This document shows positions 46,113-56,351 of a stretch of DNA of 64,000 nt, one piece after another (the first letter of the stretch is position 1; the number at the start of each line of letters is the position of its first letter). Source of the DNA: an uncultured Pseudomonadales bacterium (GTDB lineage Bacteria > Patescibacteriota > Microgenomatia > UBA1400 > PJMF01). Location: the NCBI GenBank assembly GCA_964637295.1, contig CAZWWE010000004.1, forward strand, positions 26,674 to 90,673, in the 5' to 3' direction. The translations under genes were made by a program, and so were the position numbers. Below the pieces are notes generated by a model that was not told the DNA's origin, searched no databases, and was given only the letters and a program-made list of their open reading frames with translations.

Positions 46113-47260
46113 CTTTCTTTTTTTAAAATTTCCATGATTTGTGCGTAAACACGCAAATTATGTAAGCTGGCCAAGCGTAATGCGCTGCCATCGCCAATTT
46201 TGAAAAGATGATGCAAATAAGCCCGACTTACCTGCGGTGTTCCATCGACACTTTGACAAATTGGACAGTCGCAAAATTCACCAACTGCTGTTTGCTCATT
46301 AGCCAGTTGACCTTTGCCAATGTAACAGTAATCAAAAACTTCATTTAAGCAGTTTTTGTTAGCCAAGTTTAACATATCATTTTTTGTTAAGGTTTTTGGA
46401 TTAATTTTGAAATTATAAAGTCGTTGATGACGCGCATCTCTAGTAGGCAAGACGCAATCGAAAAACTGATAGCCCATCATAAACAGCTTAACAATGTTTT
46501 CTGGAGTGCCAACGCCAAGAGCAAAACGCAAACTATCTTTGCTTGTCAAATCTGCATTTAGTTGGCAAAAAGAGTAATCAAATTCTCCATTTTTTTGAAA
46601 AGGCCAGCCACCCAAACCATAAAGATCAAAGCCAATTTTTTGCAGTTCTTGAGCACAATAGCTACGCCATTTTCGATGATTGTGACCTTGAATAGGTGCT
46701 AGCAACAGTGGACGATTATTTTCGTCAAAACCATGTTTCTGTAATTGTTTTTGAAATTCAAGCTTGGCTCTCTTAGCCCAATCGATCGTTCTTCGCACAC
46801 TTTGCTCAATGCGTCTTTCGTCAGCTTCTGGTGCTGTAAAATCATCGAGACAAATCATCACGTCACTTCCAATCGCAAATTGTAGCCGGATCGAATCTTC
46901 TGGAGTAAATAAAGTTTTGCTTTGTTTTTTAGGACCAGCATAGAGCACAATGCCCTCGTCAATAATTTTACCTAAATGAGGATTTTTTCGAATCAAAGAA
47001 AACAGTTGAAAGCCACCAGAATCTGAAGAAACAAAACCAGGCCAATGCATCATTTTTTTTATGCCACCTAGCTCTTGTAAAATTTTTTCACCTGGTTTTT
47101 GCATCAAGTGATAAGTGTTAACCATCACTCCTTGTAAACCAACTTTAGCGAGATCGAGACTGTCTAAATTGCGAGCTACGCCCAAAGTCGCATCTGGCAT
47201 GAAAAGTGGCAAATGAAAGCTTTGATTTTTAATGTTGATACTTTGTCGAATGTTGTGCAC
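46109..47260 (-). CDS. tgt: queuine tRNA-ribosyltransferase
   Basis: TIM-barrel TGT core (PLFMPDAT ... GGWPF) and C-terminal zinc site CDCPICQ...H. Confidence 0.85.
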   Translation of the reverse strand: MHNIRQSINIKNQSFHLPLFMPDATLGVARNLDSLDLAKVGLQGVMVNTYHLMQKPGEKILQELGGIKKMMHWPGFVSSDSGGFQLFSLIRKNPHLGKIIDEGIVLYAGPKKQSKTLFTPEDSIRLQFAIGSDVMICLDDFTAPEADERRIEQSVRRTIDWAKRAKLEFQKQLQKHGFDENNRPLLLAPIQGHNHRKWRSYCAQELQKIGFDLYGLGGWPFQKNGEFDYSFCQLNADLTSKDSLRFALGVGTPENIVKLFMMGYQFFDCVLPTRDARHQRLYNFKINPKTLTKNDMLNLANKNCLNEVFDYCYIGKGQLANEQTAVGEFCDCPICQSVDGTPQVSRAYLHHLFKIGDGSALRLASLHNLRVYAQIMEILKKES

Positions 47261-47295
47261 GAGCCGTATTATACCTTGTCAGGCTGAGTTATAAT

Positions 47296-47898
47296 TTGAC
47301 AAATATGCCACAAATCTTGACTGCAGAGAATGAAAATACGTTGATTAAACGAGCGCCAGCCAAATTACAAAGAGGCGAAGCCGCCAAGCTGGTGGCGCAA
47401 GGAGTTTTTTTCAAGCTTTGGCAGTGGCCGCAAGAGCTTTATGATGGGAGCATCGCAACGTTTGAGAGTCTTTCCAGACCGGATACGGTTACAATTTTAG
47501 CTTTAACCGCACAGCAAGAAATCCTTGTCACTCGCCAAAGCCAACCTGGTTTTCAGGAATTTATGAGTTTTCCAGGAGGAGTAATTGATTCTGGCGAAAG
47601 TGTTTTACAAGCTGCTCAACGTGAATTACTGGAAGAAACTGGCCACGCGAGTACAGAATGGTATTTTTTATTTAGCAAGCAAATGAACAGTCGCATTGAT
47701 TGGGCCAATTTTTATTTGTTGGCGAAAAACTGCCAAAAACAGGCAGATTTACGGCTAGATGCGGGGGAAAAAATTAGTTTAGAATTTTGGCCATTGCAGC
47801 AATTAAGCTCACTAAGTAAACAGAAAAATTTTCGACAAAGTGATTTTGCCCTTTGGTATTGGCAGACTGATGGAGCAGAGTTAAAACAATTTATCTAA
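47296..47898 (+). CDS. NUDIX hydrolase
   Basis: Nudix box GGVIDSGESVLQAAQRELLEETG. Confidence 0.85.
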   Translation: MTNMPQILTAENENTLIKRAPAKLQRGEAAKLVAQGVFFKLWQWPQELYDGSIATFESLSRPDTVTILALTAQQEILVTRQSQPGFQEFMSFPGGVIDSGESVLQAAQRELLEETGHASTEWYFLFSKQMNSRIDWANFYLLAKNCQKQADLRLDAGEKISLEFWPLQQLSSLSKQKNFRQSDFALWYWQTDGAELKQFI

Positions 47899-47966
47899 TG
47901 AACATGATTTAAATGGTGAATAATAAATTTTTATGTTATCATTTTCTTCAAGAAAAAAAGAACAAT

Positions 47967-48194
47967 ATGCCAAGCAAAAAAAATTCAAAACAAGCAGCTA
48001 ATCAAGAAATAAAAAGATTGATCAGGCCAAATCAAGGACGCAAGCTAGCTGGAGTAGCTGCTGCTTTTGCGAATTATTTCAATGTTGACGTGGTGCTAGT
48101 GAGAGTTATTTTAGTTTTAACTCTAGTGCCAGGAGGTTTTCCGGGTTTATTGATCTATTTACTTTGTTGGCTGGTAATTCCTGCTGAAGAATAA
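47967..48194 (+). CDS. PspC-domain membrane protein
   Basis: RLIRPNQGRKLAGVAAAFANYFNVDVVLVRVILVL PspC signature; start at internal ATG. Confidence 0.75.
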   Translation: MPSKKNSKQAANQEIKRLIRPNQGRKLAGVAAAFANYFNVDVVLVRVILVLTLVPGGFPGLLIYLLCWLVIPAEE

Positions 48195-48220
48195 ACGACG
48201 CTTTTAGTTTGGGTCATTTA

Positions 48221-48724
48221 TTATAAAGACCTAGGCTTCATAAAGTCATTAAGGATCTCTTCTGCATTTTGGCAGTTTAGATAAGTTTCGATTCCTATTT
48301 CTTTGGCGATTTTTTGGTATTGTTCAGGTGTTGGAGCAAGTTGCTTGATCATTTCTTTGATTGCTTGAATTTGCTCAAGAAATGCTTGACATAATTTTAA
48401 TGCCTCCTTGCGCTTAGGTTCTTGAAGGGGATTATTTCTAAATGCTTGATCGATTAGTTTGGCAAGATCAATAGTGATCTTTTTAATTATGCGATATTGC
48501 TTAAATAATTGTGAATTGTTATCAAATTTATCTAATTGCACCAAAGCGACGGGATCGTTGAGTTCTCGATATTTAGCTCTTAAACTTTCAAGAAGTCGAT
48601 CTCGGGCCTCTTTTCCTCCTTCAAAGGCTTGATCCGGCAAATTTAATTGATTATACTCTTGACTGCTGATACCACCAACTTTCTTTGGTAATGGATTTTC
48701 TGATACAATTTCTTTTTCTGACAT
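48221..48724 (-). CDS. hypothetical protein
   Basis: ORF only; start trimmed to MSEKEIV to remove antisense overlap with neighbouring divergent gene. Confidence 0.4.
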   Translation of the reverse strand: MSEKEIVSENPLPKKVGGISSQEYNQLNLPDQAFEGGKEARDRLLESLRAKYRELNDPVALVQLDKFDNNSQLFKQYRIIKKITIDLAKLIDQAFRNNPLQEPKRKEALKLCQAFLEQIQAIKEMIKQLAPTPEQYQKIAKEIGIETYLNCQNAEEILNDFMKPRSL

Positions 48725-48769
48725 TGAAGAAGTTATTTGTATTATACTCTTAATAAGAGGCACTAGAGC

Positions 48770-49630
48770 ATGAACAATTTTGAATTTAAAAAAGAAAGAA
48801 ACATTGAATTTCAAAAAGATAGGCACATTCCTTTTGGATATGATGGATGGCTAGCACCTGACGGAACTTTTTTTGCGAGTAATTCATTAAGTGAACAATC
48901 ATTGCATGATCGATGTGCCACTTATATTTTACAAGAATATAGAGAAGAAGTGATAAAAAGATTGGGAATTTTAGGTAAAAGTATAACAGATGAAGACTTA
49001 CGGCTTTCACCAGCCCGGTCAATTTTAGGATTTGCAACTTATTTATTGATTTCTCATGGCATGCCACAGTATGCATACATTGAAGGAGAGCTCACTGCCA
49101 TGCAAATTGGTAGTTTGGTGCAGGCCGGACTTGTTTTACCAGAAGAAGTGACAAAAACACTAGAAAATAAACTTCCAAAAAAAGAGCAAATCATAGGCGA
49201 TTTAGATTTAATTTCGCTTCCTGAAGCAATCAAAGAAGAATTACTAAAAAAAATAGCACAATTCTATCAAATTCCAGGAAAAGGAATTTTGCTCTCTAAT
49301 ATTGGAAATTTCGTTGACAATGGCCAGACAATTTATATACGTTTTGACTATAAAGATGTAGCTCAAAAACTTTTTGCCCTGCTAACTAAAAACGCAGTGG
49401 GAGAAATAGTTTCTTTTGCAATTGGCAGGCATTTTGGTGGCGAAATAGTAGTTTGTTATCGAGAATTGGCTAGCGGACTGATTGTAGTTTTGGAGAAAAA
49501 ATCGCATTCCCTCAATGAAAGATTGGAATTTGGTCTTGTAAATTTTGTCATCGAAGATTTTTGGATCTACATTCAAACTAAAGAATGGGTGGACAGACGT
49601 TACGAAAAGCAGATGAGTCGGTCAAGTTAA
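48770..49630 (+). CDS. hypothetical protein (286 aa)
   Basis: ORF with RBS aagagg; no recognisable motif. Confidence 0.45.
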   Translation: MNNFEFKKERNIEFQKDRHIPFGYDGWLAPDGTFFASNSLSEQSLHDRCATYILQEYREEVIKRLGILGKSITDEDLRLSPARSILGFATYLLISHGMPQYAYIEGELTAMQIGSLVQAGLVLPEEVTKTLENKLPKKEQIIGDLDLISLPEAIKEELLKKIAQFYQIPGKGILLSNIGNFVDNGQTIYIRFDYKDVAQKLFALLTKNAVGEIVSFAIGRHFGGEIVVCYRELASGLIVVLEKKSHSLNERLEFGLVNFVIEDFWIYIQTKEWVDRRYEKQMSRSS

Positions 49631-49697
49631 ATTCTTTTGTCGCAATGTTATAATCTGAGACAGAAAAACAGACTTTTCACAGCAAAGGAATCAATCA

Positions 49698-50804
49698 ATG
49701 TCGGGTTCAAATTTATCAGTCGGAATTGTGGGTTTGCCTAACGTTGGCAAATCTACGCTTTTCAATGCTCTGCTTAAAAAACAGGTGGCTTTGGCGGCTA
49801 ATTATCCTTTTGCCACCATTGAACCCAATGTGGGGGTAGTGGAGGTTCCTGATGAACGCTTATTGCAATTGGCCAAAGTGACAGCGGCTAGTGAAAAATT
49901 AACGAGCTTACCACCTCTTAAGTATGCTTTGGTGGAGTTTGTTGACATTGCCGGATTAGTGGCGGGAGCGAGTAAAGGTGAAGGACTTGGTAATAAATTT
50001 TTGGCTAATATTCGTCAAACTGACGCGATTTGTCATGTTTTACGTCATTTTAGTGATCCCAATGTCCTTCGTGAAGGCAGCATCGATCCAGAACAAGACT
50101 TGGCGATTATTCGCACTGAACTGCAACTGGCTGATTTAGAAACTTTACAAAAGCAAAACCAAGCAAAAGGGGCAGTCAGTAAAGCCGAAAAGCTAAGGTG
50201 GGAAACAATTCAAAATTTTTTGGCTCAAATTGAGCGGGGCCAAAGCTTGATTTGTACAAGTGAAACTGAAAAAATAGTGGCCAAAGAATTGTGTCTGTTA
50301 ACTGCTAAGCCAGAAATTTTTGCAATTAATGTGGATGAAAAAGAGCTAGCTAGAACCCAGGAATTGACTCGATTTTTTGCTGAAAAATTACAAGTTGCAG
50401 CAAGTCAAATCGTGATTATTGCTGCCAAAATTGAAAGTGAATTGGCGACTTTAGCGATCGATGATCAAGAGCTTTATATGCAAGAATTGGGTATCAAAGC
50501 CAGTGGCTTAAGCCGTTTGGCGGCAGTAGCCTATCAAACTTTAGGTTTGCAAAGCTTTTTAACCACTGGTGCTATCGAAACCAAAGCCTGGACTATCAAG
50601 AGAGGTGCTACTGCTGTGGAAGCAGCTGGGGTCATTCACACAGATTTTAGTAAGAAATTTATTAGTGCCAAAATTGTAAGCGTTACGGATTTTATCAAAA
50701 TTGGTGGTTGGTCAGCTTGCAAAGAAATGGGCAAGCTGAGACAAGAAGGTCGAGACTATATCATGCAAGATGGCGACGTAGTGGAATTTATGATTGGCAA
50801 ATAA
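49698..50804 (+). CDS. ychF: ribosome-binding ATPase YchF (Obg-family GTPase, TGS C-terminal domain)
   Basis: VGIVGLPNVGKSTLFNAL P-loop, DIAGLV, C-terminal TGS domain. Confidence 0.95.
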   Translation: MSGSNLSVGIVGLPNVGKSTLFNALLKKQVALAANYPFATIEPNVGVVEVPDERLLQLAKVTAASEKLTSLPPLKYALVEFVDIAGLVAGASKGEGLGNKFLANIRQTDAICHVLRHFSDPNVLREGSIDPEQDLAIIRTELQLADLETLQKQNQAKGAVSKAEKLRWETIQNFLAQIERGQSLICTSETEKIVAKELCLLTAKPEIFAINVDEKELARTQELTRFFAEKLQVAASQIVIIAAKIESELATLAIDDQELYMQELGIKASGLSRLAAVAYQTLGLQSFLTTGAIETKAWTIKRGATAVEAAGVIHTDFSKKFISAKIVSVTDFIKIGGWSACKEMGKLRQEGRDYIMQDGDVVEFMIGK

Positions 50805-50899
50805 GCGCAACTTCTGATATAATCCCTTTTTAGAAGTTGAAATTCGCTTAATTATCCAGAAATTGTGACGGGGTCGCAATTTGCGAATCTTAAAGAAAT

Positions 50900-51244
50900 A
50901 TGAAATTAGCTCAAGAAATTATTAGCAAAGATTACGAACTAACTTATTTAATTCCTGGCGATCTCTTAGATGCCGATGTTTCTCGTTTAAAAAAAGATAT
51001 TGCTGAGCTAATCACTAAGCACCAAGGTAAGGTTGTCAAAGAAAATGATTGGGGTCGCAAACATTTGGCCTACAACATTTCTCAAGGCGGTAAAACCTAT
51101 GAAGAAGCTGTTTACGTCCACATGATTATAAATTTTCCAGTTTTGAACGTACAAAAATTTGATCATACCCTGAGTCTCAATCGTGAAATCTTGCGTCATT
51201 TATTGGTGATCGCCGATGAAATCGATAAGGCTATTGAAGATTAA
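50900..51244 (+). CDS. rpsF: 30S ribosomal protein S6
   Basis: YELTYLIPGDL ... ENDWGRKHLAYNI matches S6 (YEIVFMV ... EDWGRRQLAYPI); rpsF-ssb-rpsR synteny. Confidence 0.85.
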   Translation: MKLAQEIISKDYELTYLIPGDLLDADVSRLKKDIAELITKHQGKVVKENDWGRKHLAYNISQGGKTYEEAVYVHMIINFPVLNVQKFDHTLSLNREILRHLLVIADEIDKAIED

Positions 51245-51368
51245 GTTATTTAATTTATGTGTTTGGTTTCTTTTGCGCAAAAATGAATTAGTCACACTTC
51301 TTGTAATTTTGTTAGTGGATAATGAAAAAAGATCAATATAAACATACTCTGATGAGAGAAAGGCAAAA

Positions 51369-51833
51369 ATGTCAGTTCGTTCTTTAAATAAAGTGATGTT
51401 GATTGGAAATCTCACCCGAGATCCAAACTTGCGTTATACTCCCAATAGCACAGCTGTGGCCTCATTTGGGATTGCTACTAATCGTTCTTGGACGCCAGCT
51501 GATGGAGGTGACAAGCAAGAGAGAGTAGATTTTCACAATGTTGTTGCTTGGTCTAAATTAGCAGAAATTTGTGGCCAATTACTGCACAAAGGTGATAAAG
51601 TTTTTGTCGAAGGTCGTATTCAAACCAGAGATTGGAAAACTGAGAGTGGTGAAATGAGGAAAGTCACCGAAATTGTGATTGATAACATGATGCTCTTGAG
51701 CAATAGAGGTGGCAAATTTGCTGGTGGAGAAGAAGATGAAACCGGTTTGCCGGAAGAGAAAGCTACGGAAGAAACCGAAGTAATGGCAGAAGCCGCCGAA
51801 GTAGAGGACGTCTCCGATGACATTCCTTTTTAA
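51369..51833 (+). CDS. ssb: single-stranded DNA-binding protein
   Basis: MSVRSLNKVMLIGNLTRDPNLRYTPNSTAVASFGIATNRSW OB fold, acidic C-terminal tail ending DDIPF. Confidence 0.95.
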   Translation: MSVRSLNKVMLIGNLTRDPNLRYTPNSTAVASFGIATNRSWTPADGGDKQERVDFHNVVAWSKLAEICGQLLHKGDKVFVEGRIQTRDWKTESGEMRKVTEIVIDNMMLLSNRGGKFAGGEEDETGLPEEKATEETEVMAEAAEVEDVSDDIPF

Positions 51834-51878
51834 GAATTATGAAGTTAAATAAAAATATAAAAGTATTAAGGAAGAAAA

Positions 51879-52058
51879 ATGAAGACTTATACCTTTAGCT
51901 ACAAAAAAGCCGAAGAACTCAAAAGATTTGTGACTGCTCAGGGAGCGATTTTACCTCGAGCTAAAACAGGTTTAAGCGCCAAATTACAAAAAAAATTGGC
52001 CAGAGAAGTCAAAAGAGCCAGACATTTAGCCCTTTTACCTTTCACTCAGACTGTTTAA
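51879..52058 (+). CDS. rpsR: 30S ribosomal protein S18 (59 aa; absent from ORF track because under 60 aa)
   Basis: Translated by hand: [59 protein letters not shown]; S18 [19 protein letters not shown] signature; RBS aaggaag. Confidence 0.85.
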   Translation: MKTYTFSYKKAEELKRFVTAQGAILPRAKTGLSAKLQKKLAREVKRARHLALLPFTQTV

Positions 52059-52110
52059 TTAATTTTACTTGTGATTTTTTTAGAGAGCTAGCTTACAATG
52101 GTCTTTCTGT

Positions 52111-53385
52111 ATGAAAAAAAGATCGACTGTTATTTTTGCCTTAATGCGCCAAATCATTTTAACTTGCCTGATTTTAATTTTGGGCATGATTTTGGGTTTA
52201 CGTTATGCCAGTCAAGGTTCTTTATTTGGCCAGCAAATTGCTTTTTTTGACAACTTCAATAAACAAAATTCTCAACTTAATTTAGCAAATTTAATGAATA
52301 GCTCTAAGCAGAAAGCGCCACTTTCCATGGATACTTTTTGGGAAGTTTGGCAAATCTTAGAGAGGGATTATTTAGAATCTGCCAAAATTGATCGTAGTAA
52401 AATGATGGACGGAGCGATTTCTGGCATGGTTTGGGGTTTGAACGATCCTTATACTATGTATTTACCTCCAGAGGATAATTCGAAGGCAGAAGAAGATCTG
52501 GCTGGGAGTTTCTATGGAGTAGGCATTGAGTTGACTTATATCGATGGAGTAGTGGGCATTATTGCTCCCTTAAGTGGTGGACCGGGAGAAAAAGCTGGCC
52601 TTCTAGCTGGTGATATGATTATCCATGTCAAAGATGAGGCGAGTGGTTTAGATGAAGACACCACCAATTGGACGCTTGATGAAGCAGTCAAAAAAATTCG
52701 CGGGCCCAAAGGCAGTGTGGTCACTTTAAGCATTTATCGAAAAAGCGACAACAGCAATCATGACATGCAAATTACCAGAGAAGAAATTATTGTTGAAAGT
52801 GTTACTTTGAAATTTATTGAAAATAATGGCAAAAAATTTGCTCATTTGAAACTTGCCAAGTTTGGAGAAAGAACTTTGGATGAGTGGGAAAGAGCAATCA
52901 AGGAAATTTTACAACAAAAAAATCAATTATCTGGTTTAATTTTAGATTTACGCAATAACCCAGGCGGATTTTTTGATGTTTCCATTGATGTCGCCAGTGA
53001 TTTTGTCAAAACTGGAGTAGTGGTGAGTCAAAAATCTAAGTACAACACTAAAAATTACAATAGTACTGGCAAAGGACGTTTGATCGGTATTCCCACAGTG
53101 GTTTTAGTGAATAAAGGCAGTGCTTCTGCTTCAGAAATTGTGGCCGGAGCCTTACGCGATGATGCACAAATTAAATTGATCGGTGAACAAACTTTTGGCA
53201 AGGGGACTGTGCAAGATCGCCGAGAACTTAGTAATGGAGGTGGCCTACACATCACCGTAGGTCGTTGGTTGACGCCCAATGGCAACTGGATTCATGATGA
53301 TGGTCTCAAAGTGGATGTGGAAGTGGTGCAAAATTATGAAACCACTGAAGACGAAGTATTAGATCAGGCAATCAAACAGTTTTAA
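52111..53385 (+). CDS. ctpA: carboxyl-terminal processing (S41) protease
   Basis: PDZ domain, LDLRNNPGG and GSASASEIVAGA S41 catalytic motifs, KGTVQ. Confidence 0.9.
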   Translation: MKKRSTVIFALMRQIILTCLILILGMILGLRYASQGSLFGQQIAFFDNFNKQNSQLNLANLMNSSKQKAPLSMDTFWEVWQILERDYLESAKIDRSKMMDGAISGMVWGLNDPYTMYLPPEDNSKAEEDLAGSFYGVGIELTYIDGVVGIIAPLSGGPGEKAGLLAGDMIIHVKDEASGLDEDTTNWTLDEAVKKIRGPKGSVVTLSIYRKSDNSNHDMQITREEIIVESVTLKFIENNGKKFAHLKLAKFGERTLDEWERAIKEILQQKNQLSGLILDLRNNPGGFFDVSIDVASDFVKTGVVVSQKSKYNTKNYNSTGKGRLIGIPTVVLVNKGSASASEIVAGALRDDAQIKLIGEQTFGKGTVQDRRELSNGGGLHITVGRWLTPNGNWIHDDGLKVDVEVVQNYETTEDEVLDQAIKQF

Positions 53386-53396
53386 TTTTTGGTGGA

Positions 53397-54413
53397 TTAA
53401 TCTTCTTTGGGTAAATTAGGCAAATTGGGTAAATTTTCTTCAAGAAGTTTTTTTGTGCTAGCAAGTAGCTCGTCTAGATTACCTTCCAAAATACTTTCCA
53501 AGTTATGCCAAGATTGATGAATACGATGGTCAGTGACGCGACTCTGTGGATAATTATAGGTTTTAATTTTTTCGGCACGCATGTTTCTGCCGATATTACT
53601 TCTAGCCTCACCAATTTCAGCATTCTTTTTATCTTCTTCAATTTGCCATAATTGCGCACGCAGTAGTTCCAAGGCGATCTGACGGTTTTGAGCCTGTTTT
53701 CTTTCTGTGCGAGCATTTACCACTAAGCCACTGGGTTTGTGGACTAAGCGTACGGCAGAATTGGTTTTGTTGACTGATTGTCCGCCAGCACCACCAGCTC
53801 GCATAAAAGACCATTCCAAATCTTCTTCTCTAATGTCGATGCCCGCCGCAGTGATTTCAGGTAAAACTGCCACGGAAGCCGTGGAAGTGTGAATACGACC
53901 CGCTGCTTCGGTTACTGGCACTCGTTGCACGCGATGCACCCCAGAATCATAACGGAATAGAGGATAAGCTTGTAAAAATTCAGTCGCACCAGTTTTATAA
54001 ATTTTACCTTCTTCATCTAAGTCAACGATGGGCAACTCTACTTTGCCTCTCACTTTAAAAACTAAGTCATCAATCAACTCAATTTTTAAGCCTTTGCTTT
54101 CGGCATAACGGGTGTACATGCGCATCAGGTCATTGGCCCAGATTTTGGCCTCATCACCGCCCGCACCACCCCGAATTTCGATAATAGCATTGGCCTTATT
54201 AACGTCCTCAGATGCTTCTCGGTTCATTTTGTTTTGTCCAGAAAGAAAATCTGCCGCTGCCAATTCTAGGGCTTTTTTTTCTTCTTGCAAACGATTTAGC
54301 TCTTCTGCTGCTAGCTCGCGCATTTCTACATCGTTTAATAAGACTTGATTTTCTAAAATGAGTGCTTCAAGTTGATCAATTTGAGCTTGATAAGGATTAA
54401 GATTTGTTTCCAT
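53397..54413 (-). CDS. prfA: peptide chain release factor 1
   Basis: RVQRVPVTEAAGRIHTSTASVAVLPE (PxT codon-recognition motif = RF1) and AGGAGGQSVNKTNSA GGQ motif; start set to METNLNPYQ. Confidence 0.9.
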   Translation of the reverse strand: METNLNPYQAQIDQLEALILENQVLLNDVEMRELAAEELNRLQEEKKALELAAADFLSGQNKMNREASEDVNKANAIIEIRGGAGGDEAKIWANDLMRMYTRYAESKGLKIELIDDLVFKVRGKVELPIVDLDEEGKIYKTGATEFLQAYPLFRYDSGVHRVQRVPVTEAAGRIHTSTASVAVLPEITAAGIDIREEDLEWSFMRAGGAGGQSVNKTNSAVRLVHKPSGLVVNARTERKQAQNRQIALELLRAQLWQIEEDKKNAEIGEARSNIGRNMRAEKIKTYNYPQSRVTDHRIHQSWHNLESILEGNLDELLASTKKLLEENLPNLPNLPKED

Positions 54414-54497
54414 GTAAATTGTTTCTTTTTTTATCTGTTTATAATAATACAACAAAAACAGCTCTTAAGCTGTTTATTTTAAATCGAGAAGGGGAAA

Positions 54498-54845
54498 CTA
54501 ATTTTCAGCAGTAACTTGAGCTTGTTTTTGTGCTTTAAGTTCGGCTTGTTGCTCAACAAGAATTTGCTTGTAAGATTTAACTTCAGTTTTTTCTTTAACT
54601 GCTTTTTTAGCTTTAGTAGCTGCATTGGCTGCCGCAGCTTGGGCTGCCTGCATTTTTTTCTGGAACTTATCTACGCGACCTTGACGATCAACAAATCTCA
54701 TTTCACCAGTAAAGAATGGATGACAAGCATTGCAAATATCAATTTGGACGTTTTCTTTAATGCCTCCAGTGACGAAAGAATTGCCGCAACTGCAGGTCAC
54801 TACGCAATCATGTCGCCAGTTGCTAGGATGTATGCCTTGTTTCAT
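54498..54845 (-). CDS. rpmE: 50S ribosomal protein L31 (zinc-ribbon type) with ~45-aa Ala/Lys/Gln-rich C-terminal extension
   Basis: MKQGIHPSNWRHDCVVTCSCGNSF ... CNACHPFFTGE. Confidence 0.85.
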   Translation of the reverse strand: MKQGIHPSNWRHDCVVTCSCGNSFVTGGIKENVQIDICNACHPFFTGEMRFVDRQGRVDKFQKKMQAAQAAAANAATKAKKAVKEKTEVKSYKQILVEQQAELKAQKQAQVTAEN

Positions 54846-54870
54846 AAGAGGTGATTATTATAACATAAAA

Positions 54871-56136
54871 TTAACAAAGAGAAGAGGAAAAACCTTGTAA
54901 GCTTTTTTTAATTGTCTCAAGGTCCAAGAGTTTTTGTTCTCCAGATTGCATATTCTTGAACGTGAATTTATTTTCTTGAATTTCATTTTCACCCACTACA
55001 ATCACAAAAGGAATTTGTTTTTGCTCTGCAACTTTGAATTGTTTGCCAACTGAGTCAAGAGCGGGAAAGAGCTCTGTTTTTATTTTGGCAAAGCGCAAAT
55101 TTTGAGCAATTTCTAGGGCTTTGTTTTGGCAATTATCTTCTGCAAAAAAACTGATCATGACCATAGTGCCCATTTTTTCATCTGGAATAAGCCCAAATAG
55201 TTCACAGGCTTCGACAATCCGGTCAAAACCTAATCCAACGCCCACCGCAGGCATTTTATAGCCCGACAAATCTTCAATTAGCTTGTCATAGCGACCACCG
55301 CCACCTAAAGAAGAATTGCTAAATTCTGGAACCTTAATTTCAAAAATCAAGCCGGTGTAATAATCTAAGCCGCGAGCCAATTTTGGGTTGAAGCTTAGGG
55401 TTTTTTGATTAACTCCTAGTGCCAAAGTTTTTTGTACAATTTCATTCAAATTATCTGATACAGCAATCTTATCAAGTTTGTCTAAAATGGCCTCAGCATT
55501 TTGGCGGCTAAGACCTTTGTCGACTAGCTCTTCGATAACGGTTTCGGTACTTTGCTTGTCTAATTTATCGATACTTTGGATAATCGAAAAAACATCTACT
55601 TTTTTATTGACGAATTCACTGAGACTATCCATCAGCAGTTGGCGATCGTTGAATTCAATCACAACATTTTTTAAGCCGAGATTTTTGAAAACAGCATCGA
55701 CGGTGGCTAACAGTTCCGCATCGGCCAAAACACTTTGGCTACCAAAAATATCGCAATCACATTGAGTAAATTCGCGATAGCGACCTTTTTGTGGTTTGTC
55801 GGCGCGAAAAACATTCTGGATTTGATAGCGACGAAAATATTTGGGCAGTTCATTTTGATATTGACTTAACACCCGAGCAGTTGGCACAGTCTGATCGTAG
55901 CGCAGACCCACTTGGCGCTCGCCACGATCCTCGAAAGTGTAAACCAATTTATCTGCCTCTTCACCATATTTACCTAGTAAAAGACTGGCATACTCCAGAG
56001 TAGGAGTTTGCAATGGTGCAAAGCCATAAATTTCAAAAGTTTCTCTAATTTTGTCACTAACATATTGTCGACTGCGAGCTGCAGCAGGCAAAAAATCGCG
56101 AAAGCCTTTAAGTGTTTGTAAATTTTGTTTGTTCAT
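54871..56136 (-). CDS. hisS: histidine--tRNA ligase
   Basis: LKGFRDFLP motif 1 region, class II motifs, GGGRYD motif 3. Confidence 0.95.
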   Translation of the reverse strand: MNKQNLQTLKGFRDFLPAAARSRQYVSDKIRETFEIYGFAPLQTPTLEYASLLLGKYGEEADKLVYTFEDRGERQVGLRYDQTVPTARVLSQYQNELPKYFRRYQIQNVFRADKPQKGRYREFTQCDCDIFGSQSVLADAELLATVDAVFKNLGLKNVVIEFNDRQLLMDSLSEFVNKKVDVFSIIQSIDKLDKQSTETVIEELVDKGLSRQNAEAILDKLDKIAVSDNLNEIVQKTLALGVNQKTLSFNPKLARGLDYYTGLIFEIKVPEFSNSSLGGGGRYDKLIEDLSGYKMPAVGVGLGFDRIVEACELFGLIPDEKMGTMVMISFFAEDNCQNKALEIAQNLRFAKIKTELFPALDSVGKQFKVAEQKQIPFVIVVGENEIQENKFTFKNMQSGEQKLLDLETIKKSLQGFSSSLC

Positions 56137-56334
56137 AATTCCTTTATATCTCGATAGATGTTTTGTATCTTAACTTTAATCCGTTGAAGGAGCTGATTAA
56201 ACCATCATAATTCATTCTTATGTTTTTTAACAGCGAACTTCATCGAGTAAGAAGAAGATTGTTAACTTGGGAAAGTAAACAATTTTAGTCAAACGTGATT
56301 AAAGTTAAAGTACAAACATATCTATAATTAAAAA

Positions 56335-56351
56335 ATCCCCTCGTGGGGGAT
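56335..56351 (-). terminator. putative rho-independent terminator readable on the minus strand
   Basis: minus-strand atcccc-cacga-ggggat followed by tttttt (plus-strand A-run 56330-56335). Confidence 0.4.

Noticed and set aside
53397-54455. Programmed +1 frameshift as in prfB
   Set aside because: The protein carries the PxT (PVT) tripeptide and continuous frame typical of RF1 (prfA), not the SPF motif or frameshift site of RF2.
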